Source: Sphaerodactylus townsendi
Lineage: Eukaryota
Direction: 5' to 3'
Assembly: GCF_021028975.2 (NCBI RefSeq)
Contig: NC_059439.1
Coordinates: 23,436,001-23,500,000 of the forward strand
Length of the DNA: 64,000 nt
A program made the position numbers and the translations under genes. This document shows, one piece after another, positions 1 through 9,756 of this stretch (position 1 is its first letter; each line of letters opens with the position of its first letter). The notes under the pieces were generated by a model. The model was given only the letters and a program-made list of their open reading frames with translations. It made no database searches and was not told the DNA's origin.

Positions 1-426
1 GACCATTATTTTTGTGACTACTTTGCCCTCCTAAAAAGTTCCTGCAGTGATGTTAGTTTCATGAAAATGTTGAGTTACTTTGTGGCAGCCATTTTCACAC
101 TCCCTCCTTTTCTTCTCACGTTAGCATCTTATGTATACATTATAGCTGCCATCTTGAAAATTCCCTCCACTACTGGAAGGCAAAAGGCCTTCTCCACCTG
201 CTCCTCTCATTTAATTGTGATTTCTGTTTTCTATGGGTCTCTAATGATTGTGTATATGTTTCCAAAGACTGAAGGAAAGCAAGATGTGGGCAAATTTTCC
301 TCCCTCTTGTATATAGTGCTGCCCCCTTTGATCAATCCCTTCATCTACAGTCTGAGAAATAAGGAGGTCAAAGAGGCGTTACAAAATATGATTCGGAGGA
401 TTGTGAACAGTAAACCTTACCCATAA
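1..426 (+). CDS. Olfactory receptor, 3' part (5' end outside window)
   Basis: DHYFCD..LLKSSCSD, KAFSTCSSHL, PPLINPFIYSLRNKEVK motifs; stop at 424-426. Confidence 0.93.
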   Translation, partial: DHYFCDYFALLKSSCSDVSFMKMLSYFVAAIFTLPPFLLTLASYVYIIAAILKIPSTTGRQKAFSTCSSHLIVISVFYGSLMIVYMFPKTEGKQDVGKFSSLLYIVLPPLINPFIYSLRNKEVKEALQNMIRRIVNSKPYP

Positions 427-1642
427 AGTTAGTGGAAAGGATCCATACATAGCAAATATTTCTCCTTAAACATTCTTTGTTTAAGAGGTCTTTTTGTAAA
501 ATGCAGGGAAATCAAGTGAAGCCATATAGTGGATATGGGATGAATGAAGCCATTTTTTTTCATTCCATCTTACTCAAATCTCCTCTTTACTACAGCCCCC
601 ATCTTATGTTAATGCTGTTCATGTTGATCCATGATCTCCAACATAAACTGTGTTGGATGTATAAAGGGATGGTGTTCCATTTTTCACCAGGAGAACAGCT
701 ATTTCTGTCCAACCCAACATTTCCCTCATTATGCTTTTTTAAAAAAAGAAAAAAACCTTCCATGCTACATTTTTTCTAGGAAAAAAACACTTTTTAAACT
801 TTCTTTTCTAAAAGCATTTGTTAACACAGCAAAGCAAAACCAAAATATTGTGTTCTAAAACATTCAATAAAATTCTGGGTCTTTTTCATTGACAGTGTGG
901 TTTCAATACGTACATATGGGGGAATCTCACAGGGCTGAATAAACTACTGAATAAGTTTCTGAACAGATGTTCCTGCAGGATGATAAGATGTTGCATGGAA
1001 GGGCAAGTTTCAGTGAAATCCCAATCAGTTACACCCTTCTAATCCCACTGAACAAAATTGGTTTTGGTGGGTGTAACTCTACTTAGGGAGGCAGTGTTAT
1101 AAATACTCCTGGATAACAAGTAATTTTTGCCCACACAACAGGCCTGATGAGTTATTATTATTATTATTTTATTTATTAAATTTAATAGACCGCCCTACCC
1201 CCGAAGGGCTCAGGGAAAAAGGGGTGGGGAATCCTTTCAACTTCTATACATGGAGCATCGTGACTTGTCTTGTCTTGTCTGTTTTGGCCCTTTTTGAGCT
1301 TCTTCAAATTTCTTTTGAGCTTCTTGAACATTTTTCAGAATTTACCAGGTGTCTGCTTGTGGAAAACACCTAGGCTGATTATGCATGAAGTGTTTGCTGT
1401 GTGGTGGAAATGTCTGCTGAAGCAAGATTCCTTGTATGAATGTATCTCCTCTAGCCCTGCTTTCACTTTCCACTCTTTCTGTGGCAAGCAAATTCACTTA
1501 TAGCACAATTTAATTTTGCTTCATTGGCACAGCTTTGCCCCCAACCTTTTCCTTCCACCGTCAGCAACCCCACCTAGTCTTACCCCCCACTCTTTTGTAC
1601 TGCTTTGCATGGCTCTCCCTTACCCTACTCCCTGTTGCCAAC

Positions 1643-2099
1643 TGTAGTAATGCACCGCTGACCCAGCAGCACCGTGGTCGAGCGCTGGAACACCTACGCT
1701 CCTACGGCCTTCTGGTCGCACCGCACCCCCACTCCTCATCCCCCTATGAGTCACGGGTCATGAACTGTCTGGCTCAGTCACCGGGCGCAGGGACAATGGT
1801 CTTGCCCCCAGGTGAGGATTAGGCTCAGGCAGCTGCAGCTCCTCTCCGCCTGCGTAGCCAGGTGAGATCATGCATCACATGATGATCTCCCGACCTCCCG
1901 CTCTCCCGGAACTCCCTCCGTTCCTCCCTTCTACACGCCCCCGATAGAATCACAATAAAAGGTGCCAGGAACCAGCACGCGGGAGACTCGCTAGGAACAC
2001 GGACCTCAAGCGCTCCCGCTTCTGGCGATCTCCCACCAGATGTTATCTCCGCGTCACCGTCTGCGTTCTTGCGCCTGACCACGTGGAGTCGAAGCTTCA
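1643..2099 (+). repeat. ERV 5' LTR
   Basis: Starts TGTAGTAATGCACCG, ends CTTCA; direct repeat of 7243-7705; AATAAA at 1954-1959. Confidence 0.93.
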
Positions 2100-2102
2100 A
2101 GC

Positions 2103-2125
2103 TGAATTGCCGAAACCCGGGAATC
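2103..2125 (+). promoter_or_regulatory. Primer-binding site, tRNA-Phe type
   Basis: TGAATTGCCGAAACCCGGGAATC versus TGGTGCCGAAACCCGGGATC (complement of the tRNA-Phe 3' end), immediately after the 5' LTR. Confidence 0.85.
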
Positions 2126-2185
2126 CTCGAACCTCCACCCTGCTCAATCGTGCAAGCGCCTGGGAAAGGGGCGGCGGTACGAGGA

Positions 2186-2302
2186 GTCCGCTGGATCGGC
2201 GCATCCAGGGACCACCGTTTCGGTATCGCCCGTCCGCTGGATCGGCGCATCCAGGGACTCGAGTCCTAGGACACTCTCTCGTCCGACGGAACACCGGTGA
2301 GT
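2186..2302 (+). promoter_or_regulatory. ERV leader: duplicated hairpin (candidate packaging/dimerisation signal) and major splice donor
   Basis: GTCCGCTGGATCGGCGCATCCAGGGAC at 2186-2212 and 2232-2258; G|GTGAGT donor at 2296-2302 just before the gag start. Confidence 0.6.
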
Positions 2303-3900
2303 ATAGGAGCTTGCAAAAGCAGGGCTTATGACAGAAGCACGTTAATCGAACTGAAAGCGTTAGCGAAAATGCGGCAGGGTCTCCGTGAAAGAGGGGAGCT
2401 GCGCCAAAGAATTGGTTGAGGAGATTGAAGCTCAATGTCCATGGTACCCAGAAGGGGGGACATTGAATCTTAAGGACTGGGAAAAGATCGGGCGCACTTC
2501 TTCGCCGACAGAGCCTCGTAGCGCGCCGATGTCACTGCCTACTGACGTGGAGACAATGTTATCAATAAGTCGCCATCAGCCTGCAGGACCTATGGCTACC
2601 CTTTGCTGTAGGCAGCCCTCCTTTCGATCTTTCACCTTCAATTTCAACCCCGGAATTTTCTCTATCCTCGGGCTAAATTGGGACGCCTGTCCTCCTTCTG
2701 CCCCCCTTGCTCCTCCGCCCATTTCAAATTCTCCTTTGGCTCAGTCCGCCCCCTCCCTGCTCCGCCTTTCATTTTCCGAAGCCACCATGCTTTTACTCCG
2801 TCAGCACCACGTAATGGCGGGTTTCACAAAACTCTCGCAGAGCGTGTTAGCCACGATCTGAAATAGAAAGCCTGGCCGAGGAAGAGCGATGCCGATATTC
2901 TCGCGATTGTGCCCCGGTCCATTTCACAGATACCGAGGGAGGATGGCATTGTTCCCGGGCGGGTTGTCGAAAATCGCCCATTAAGCTATAACATCCTCAC
3001 TGAGCTCCGCGATAAGCGATGCGGGGACGTAGGAATCACTAGCCCCTACGTGAGAGGCATGCTAGAGGCAATCGCGAGGAATCACTTAATGGTTCCGGAC
3101 GACTGGAAGACCACCTTCCACATGCTCCTGAGCCCTGGTAACAATTTGTGATCTGGGGAGAGCGAAGTTCCGCCAGCAATGCTTTAGCAGGGCAGCCCGC
3201 CTCGGCCTACACCACCGCTGACAGCTTTACGGCTTCGATGCCTTCAGTAACCCCAACAATCAGATTGTCCTGCTCTGAGGCCACCCTTACGGTGCGCCTC
3301 TGAGTGCAGCTTACAAAGGCGTTTGTCAAGGTCCCCAATTCTGGCCAGCCCACACAGAGCTTCTCAGCGGCCATACGGGCCAAAGCCCCAAGAGCCCTAT
3401 GCCGAAGTTTGTGAACAGAGCTCCAGGAAGCGCTCAAGAGGCAGGTAGATAGCGAAGAGGCTCCAAAACGGAGGCTCCTCATGCGCCTGCGGCTAAGGAG
3501 AAGCGCCTCCACGGAGTGCCGCAGGAGCAATCCACGGCTCTGGGCAAAGACCCTGAACTGGCCGTGACATGCTTAAGGCTTGCCAGGACATCGGATCTTC
3601 CGCCCACCAAGCTAGCCTCCTTGCTGCAGTACCCACTCTCCACCGCCAGGGGACAGCCTCTAGGATGATTAAGCTTTAATCTTCTGGCAGACCCGGACAC
3701 TTCCGGCGAAGGGAATGTAGGCAGCCCGGTGGGGGGCCTATAACCCCGATGGAGGAGGGTCCTCCCCCAAGAGGAGAAGGCCGCCCAAGACCCGGTGCCC
3801 ACGATGCCAGAGGCTTCCATTGGAGAAGCGACTGCCCGTCGGGAAACTTCGCCCAGGCTGTCTCCCCAGCCTGCAGGACCAAGGAGGAGAATATTAGGAG
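2303..3900 (+). pseudogene. gag: ERV gag (frameshifted in this assembly)
   Basis: Betaretroviral matrix motif CPWYPEGGTLNLKDWEKIG; PSAP late domain (~2695); capsid SPYVRGMLEAIA..VPDDWK; MHR-like region ~3370-3430; two CCHC knuckle remnants (~3665-3720 and RGFHWRSDCP ~3800-3838); 3' end approximate. Confidence 0.9.
3841..3890 (+). promoter_or_regulatory. gag-pro -1 ribosomal frameshift signal
   Basis: Slippery heptamer GGGAAAC (3841-3847), 6-nt spacer, stem CAGGCTG/CAGCCTG (3854-3873), loop TCTCC complementary to GGAGA (3886-3890). Confidence 0.8.
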
Positions 3901-4657
3901 CAGACCTTGCAGACACCAGGCCCACGCCAATGACCGCCCCACTTGTGGCATCTGCGGCTCACGTGTTACCCAGCCCATCTCCTTCAAGTTCCCCACGAGG
4001 TCGCTTGTCGCCCCAACCCAGTATGCTGGCGTAACCCCACCATCCCTACCGGGACTATTGGGCTGGTGCTGCCTAAGGCCTCCGCCGCTGAGCAGGGAGT
4101 GTTCATCATTCCCGGAGATAATCGACTCTCCCACGCACCAGGGACCCATCCATCTCCAGATCTGGACGAACATCCCGCAGGAAGGTTGCCCATCGGAACC
4201 AGCTGCGCACAGCTGATCCTTCTGCCCCATGCGCTGCCCGCTGCCGACCCAATAAAGGCGACAGGCCCCGGCAGCCAACATGGGCGCAGCCAGCACCACC
4301 ATCAGCGGCGGTGGAAACACTCCATCGAAGCTCCCGCCCGTTACCTGGAGCTCGCTATAGAGGGATGCATGTTTAAAGGGCCTGGTAGACACCGGCGCTG
4401 ATGTGACTCGTCATCAGGACAGCCGAGTGGCCTGGACCAGTGGTCGACCGAGGCTTGCCCGCACATCTGGGGGGGGTGGGGGGGAAACAAACCCAGCGGA
4501 CGGAAGACATCCGCCCGCTCACGGTCCACATTGTGCCCAGGACTGGAGGCGACAGCTCACTTTCGCACGCCTCCCCATCGTCTTGGACATCCATGTTAAT
4601 CTCTGGGGAAGAGACCTCATGAGCCAGGTCAAAACGACTCTAGTCTGGGATGGATAA
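3841..4657 (+). pseudogene. pro: ERV pro: degenerate dUTPase domain plus aspartyl protease
   Basis: GLVLPKASAAEQGVFIIPG / IIDS / CAQLILLP (dUTPase fold); LVDTGADVT at ~4382-4408, GGVGG flap, NLWGRDLM; stop 4655-4657. Confidence 0.88.
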
Positions 4658-5530
4658 ATCCATCACGCAGATCACGCAATCACTGATTGTACCTCCTCGA
4701 ATTGCCTTCGAACTTCCGCCAAAGGAAGCCGTACTCCCCTCCCGTTCCTCTCCCTTCCATTTCTTCAACCAAAAGGGCAGGGGAGGGCCAATTGGCTGAC
4801 TGGCCCTCCCTGGATGCAAAATCTGGGCCCATCCTGGTACCGCAGCACTGCCAGGATAGGGCCCCAGGTTAAAAAGCGAGGGCTGCCAGCAGACCAAATT
4901 CACTCACAAACCAGTTTGGGTGCCTCCAGTGGTCATGGTATTATAGCACCATCATCACTTCTAAGACGCTTGGCAGCGAAACCGCCCTTAAGGAGTGGTT
5001 TCAGCCCGGCGGCATTTCCCCAAGATAACTGGATTACAAAATTTTAGCACCATCCAGCCCCCCTGCGTTGGCCACTCAAGGTCACGTGTAAGTACATATT
5101 CCCTTACAAGGAAAAACCCTCGCATGTGGAGTCTCTCTGCCTTCAAACGCCTGAATGCCTCGTGGTTCCCCTGACCAGCACTCCATCCCCCCAAAAGAGC
5201 TCCAAAAGCCCGCTTTCATACTACTGGATTAAGCATGCATACCCACAATTCCCCCAGGGTCCGCCCACCCCCTGCCCTCCCTGTCAAATAATTTTAAGAA
5301 AGAGGGATAGGCGGCCCCCAGCAGAATTGCATTAAAAGCAACCTTCAACTACACGCAGTCTGTAAAATAGCCTCACACATTTAACTCTAACTCAAAATAA
5401 ACTCGATCTTGATCCCCCGCCACCCGCTCTAGAACCGAGCCTGGCGGGACCCGGCCCCCTCCCATAACCTGGGGAAGGGGATGTGTTTCAGTCCTTATTC
5501 CTACAGGCTCCTGTGGATTCCGACTCGCCA
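4650..5530 (+). pseudogene. pol: ERV pol remnant: decayed integrase only, no RT/RNase H
   Basis: FHFFNQ..QHCQ (HHCC remnant), GPQVKKRGLPADQI (cf. GVNPRGLxPxQIWQ), TWGRG-CVS..WIPTR (IN C-terminus); only ~0.9 kb; no LPQG/YMDD found. Confidence 0.72.
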
Positions 5531-5544
5531 TGACGGGCCAGCCC

Positions 5545-7190
5545 ATGGAATGGCGCCAGGAGGAAACCAACCCCATCCCAGAGATGGAACACATCTCTCT
5601 GAAGGATCCCTTACCGTGCTTTGCCCCTCGGAATCGAAGGAACGCCGGCGCCGACGCCCAGATGGTCCAAAGACCCGGATGACCTGGGGAAACGTCAAAA
5701 GCAAACCGGCCAGCCAAGCTCAAGAGCTGCTGCGCCAGCAAGGCCACCCCCCGAGACACCCGAGAACCTCTGTGCCAGCTCTCTTTGCAATCATCACCGC
5801 CAACTCGGCGGCCACCATCCTTTGCCTCGCTCTATGCTGCCACTCCTGCCGATGGCAATCGGAAAGCACCCTGACCGAAAGCTTTTCACCAGACCAACAT
5901 CTGGGAGCAGTTTTTAGCTGCCGCTGCCAGCGCCCCCCCCCCCCTCATCTTTTCTGCCTGGGCCAGTCGCACCTAGGAGTCGGGAGCTTCATGCGTATGG
6001 CTTCCTGCCTGCTCCCCGTTTGCAAAGCCCCTGGAGACTTCTTTTTTATGGAGTTCCTGGTTTAAGTCCACTTCATGAATGCCTCATCCATCAGGTATTC
6101 CATGAGCCGCTGACTGGGGACCCGCTGCCCAATCCCCTCCGGCCCGTGGCGGCTCTCTCCCTTATCACCAAGACTGTCGCTAATCCACGAGTCCAACACC
6201 TGGCGCTTCGCGACCGTCGGGCGTAAAAGCTTCAACTTCAAGGAGCCGCACTCCAGGCCCATTTCATCGGCTCTTACGCCAACTCGGAACTGTACAGCAC
6301 ATGGAGGACATTCCCCCGTACTTGGGAACATCCTGCCTCTCTAAGGGCTGGTTCTTGGACCTGCCACCAGGGAAAAGAACTTTCAACTACATCCCCATAC
6401 CGGCTCTCTGCGGGACCCTCGTGCATGCCTCTAGCCGCCTCACCATTATACCACCTCAGGCTCCGCCCCAGGAGCCGGCACCGCCACGCCAAGCCGCCGC
6501 TATCGCTCTGCCTTTCGGATCCCTCCTGCCGGAGCGACAGCTGGGTTGCCCTCTCCACAGCCGATATCGCCTCCCTCGCTGTTTCCCTAGTGGGAGTCCC
6601 TGGACTCAGCCTCTTACAATGCTAAGACTATTACCGGCTGGCCTGTGCCTCTTGCGAAGTCCATCAATTCTACCTCCAATCCACTCTGGATGCCCTAGCC
6701 TCCAAACAACAGGAACTTCGCTGATAAAGCGGCCCTAGATGTAATCGATGTCAGCTTTCATTGATTACTTGTTGTTCTAATACAATATTCTACCAAAGTT
6801 GTGAGAATGTACATAATATGTGTTGTTTTAATCTCTCCTGATAACTCCCAATTGATTTATATGAAAGAGATGGCGCGGAATTGCAAAAAAGTTGTATCCA
6901 GTCTAAAAGTATGATGTATTGCCCCATTACCGGTGGTCAGCCCTCTGGGAGTTGGCTACGTCGGAGGAGGATCGGTTGAAGTGCTATCGCATGCCTCTGC
7001 ATTGGTTTGATTTGTATGCCTCGCCATCACGGGTCTTGTTTTGTTCAATGTTAGTATCTAATTATTGCCTGTAACGCGGTGTAAGAAGCCCCATCGACTT
7101 TCCCCTGCCCGCCAACCAAGTTTCTATCTTTGCACAAGCAGCTCGATCCAACTTCGACCAAACAGCCGGAGGGGACAAGCGTCCCCCTAA
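5545..7190 (+). pseudogene. env: ERV env with Rec/Rem-like signal peptide and alpharetrovirus-type SU/TM (frameshifted in this assembly)
   Basis: Splice acceptor ttcctacag at 5506; KERRRRR, TWGNVK, TPENL leader; NIWEQF..FCL..SCLLPVC; GWF..CGKRTFNYIP..SRLTIIPP; Cys-flanked internal fusion peptide; IDYLL; CENVHNMCC (6800-6826); hydrophobic anchor ~6980-7050. Confidence 0.9.
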
Positions 7191-7222
7191 ATCGCCCTCA
7201 GCATTTTTCGACCTCCCCTTCT

Positions 7223-7242
7223 AAAATGTAAAAGCGAGGAGA
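7223..7242 (+). promoter_or_regulatory. Polypurine tract
   Basis: AAAATGTAAAAGCGAGGAGA directly before the 3' LTR. Confidence 0.7.
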
Positions 7243-7705
7243 TCGTGGGTAATGCACCGCTGACCCAGCAGCACCGTGGTCGAGCGCTGGAACACCTACG
7301 CTCCTACGGCCTTCTGGTCGCACCGCACCCCCACTCCTCATCCCCCTATGAGTCGGGTCGCATGAACTTCGTCTGGCTCCAGTGTCCACACGGGCGCAGG
7401 ACAATGGTCTTGCCCCAGGTGAGAGATTAGGGCTCCAGACGGCTTCACGCTCCTCTCCTCGCTACGGCCGCCAGGTGAGATCATGCATCACATGATGATC
7501 TCCCGACCTCCACGCTATCCCGGAACTCCCTCCGTTCCTCCCTTCTACACGCCCCCGATAGAATCACAATAAAAGGTGCCAGGAACCAGCACGCGGGAGA
7601 CTCGCTAGGAACACGGACCTCCGCGCTCCCGCTGCTGGCGATCTCCACCAGATGTTATCTCCGCGTCTCGTCTCGTTCTTGCGCTGACCACGTGGGTCGA
7701 CTTCA
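7243..7705 (+). repeat. ERV 3' LTR
   Basis: Direct repeat of 1643-2099; ends CTTCA, followed by TSD CCAAC. Confidence 0.93.
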
Positions 7706-8689
7706 CCAACTATTTCTCACTGCTTGTCCTGTCCTATCATTTTTATTGCCCATAGCCCTTATATACATTGTAATTTTATATACAAGCAATCAGTGATTCC
7801 AGACCACAAAAGGAAAAGCAAGAGTCTCGACGCTCAGGTTTACCACACATTGGGAGACAGACAATAGTGAACCTGGAGAGTTAGCAAATAGCAATTTACA
7901 ATGTCCTTTTGTGGTTTTGCAGTTTGCACACCCCCATTACTGCCCACTCACTTCCCCCCACTCATAAAAGACAATCAGCGTTCAGACAAATTGTATAGAT
8001 GCCATATTCAAGACTTTTCTCCTGGCCTTTTTTATTTTGGTACATTGATCTATTGATAGATTGATGAATTAATATATCATCAATCTATAGGTAAAATTAA
8101 AGATAAAAAATAAAGATTGTATTAAAAATTAAAGCACACATTCTCTATTTTGCAGGATATAGAACCTACGAAATATGACCTCCCCACCCCCACCCCCGAT
8201 ACAAGCAAAAAACCAATGGATAATGCCTGCCCCTCTCCAAACAGGGCACTGAGTAATAAAGTACAACATACCCTGAAAACAAAACTCCCCAGCAAATTCT
8301 TTTTGAAGTTGTATAATCGTCTAGAGTGGGTTTTTTTTAATTTAAGCAATATTTATATAATGACGCTTGTCTTGATTTTTCATTCCAATCGATGTTTATT
8401 TGCTTTTAAAGGTACTTATTTGCTTTAAAATATATAGTATTTTGTTGGAGAATGAGCAGTTGGTTCTGCATAGTTTAAAAATAAAACTGATTTATTGATT
8501 TACACTTTTGTTGCCATACTCAAATATTCCTCTAAGGACAATAATTACACTAATAGTCTACAACATTTAGAGCTATTTCTGAATTTACCATTGTGTTAAT
8601 TAGGGGGAAACTAAAAAAAGCTGTTGATTGCATTAGCTTAAATACAGTGCCAGAAAATACATTGTTATTTTAATGAAACACACTCTATA

Positions 8690-9020
8690 AAAGAGAAGGC
8701 TAAGGGGTGCCATGATAATGATGTTTAAATATTTGAAGATATTTCATGCTGGTGATGGAGCAAGCTTGTTTTCCACTTGTTTTCTGCTGCTCCAGAGACT
8801 TGGGTCCAAGGAAAAGAGATTTCACCTAAACATTAGGAAGAACTTCCTAATGGTAATGGCTGTTTGAAAATGAAACATGTTGCCTTGGAGGGTGGTCGAG
8901 TCTTTCCCCCCAGTTTTTAAACAGAGACTGGATGGCCACCTGCCAGTAATGCTTTCACTGTGTCTTCTTGCATAGCTGAGGTTAGACTTGGTGGCTCTTG
9001 TATTCTCTTCCAACTCTATG
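8690..9020 (+). mobile_element. CR1 LINE 3' fragment, degraded
   Basis: AAGAGATTTCACCTAAACATTAGGAAGAACTTCCT...TTTAAACAGAGACTGGATGGCCAC, typical of the CR1 ORF2 end; TTCCAACTCTATGA tail. Confidence 0.7.
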
Positions 9021-9248
9021 AAAACATGCTGTGCAAAACATCGAAACTGGCATGCTTTTTCGACATTCATGAATCACTATTTTGGGACAACCAGCAATAC
9101 TGAAGGAGATCAGGTGAGAATAAATCAGCCAATATATTATTTCAGCATTGAATAATATCCTCTGAAAAACAAATTTATTACTCTTCAAGATTAATGAAAT
9201 AGCATTACCATATAACCTTCATAAAACCATCAAGTCCTTTGCCTAAAA

Positions 9249-9756
9249 CAGTGGTGGTGAACCTATGGCACGGGTGCCAGAGGTGGCACTCAGAGCCCTC
9301 TCTGTGGGCACGCACAAACAGAGTGCCCCCCCCACATCTAGGCTGGCCTGGGCTGCTGGGTTCGATTATTAGCATTAAACCTAAGACCCAATTTTGGGGA
9401 AGCAGTGTAGGTAACCCTGTTAAGCGCTATTAAACCCCACTGATTTTCATGCGAAGAACTAAAGCACGATCCTTTACCTGGGAGTAAGCTCGGTTGCTGG
9501 CAATGGGGCTTGCTTCTGAGAAAACCCTCCTAGGGTCGTGATTCACCTGTTGGAAGAGTTGCACGGTTGCTTCAAAGAAAAGCCACCGACTACCACCCAG
9601 CCTACTCCTGAGTAACGCACGCCTCGGAGCCCACCATTTTTACTGAACGAAAACCTCAGTCTTCAGATTAAATTGCCATGTTGGCACTTTGCGATAAATA
9701 AGTGGGTTTTGGGTTGCAATTCGGGCACTCGGCCTCGAAAAGGTTCGCCATCACTG
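9249..9756 (+). mobile_element. hAT-type MITE
   Basis: TIRs CAGTGGTGGTGAACCT / AGGTTCGCCATCACTG; 8-bp TSD GCCTAAAA/GTCTAAAA; second copy inverted at 14877-15393. Confidence 0.88.

Larger units (their letters stand above)
1643..7705 (+). mobile_element. Endogenous retrovirus, betaretrovirus-like (class II), RT/RNase H-deleted, with ASLV-type env
   Basis: Two ~460-bp LTRs ending in CA (5' LTR starts TG), 5-bp TSD CCAAC (1638-1642 and 7706-7710), PBS, gag/pro/env motifs, purine tract before 3' LTR. Confidence 0.95.

Noticed and set aside
3676-4392. 238-aa antisense ORF in the ERV (and other antisense ORFs in 1825-6558)
   Set aside because: GC-rich, stop-poor sequence with indel noise and no motif; cannot support an HBZ-like gene
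7245-7430. LTR-encoded ORF (sag/nef-like?)
   Set aside because: Short, starts at a non-ATG codon and has no recognisable motif
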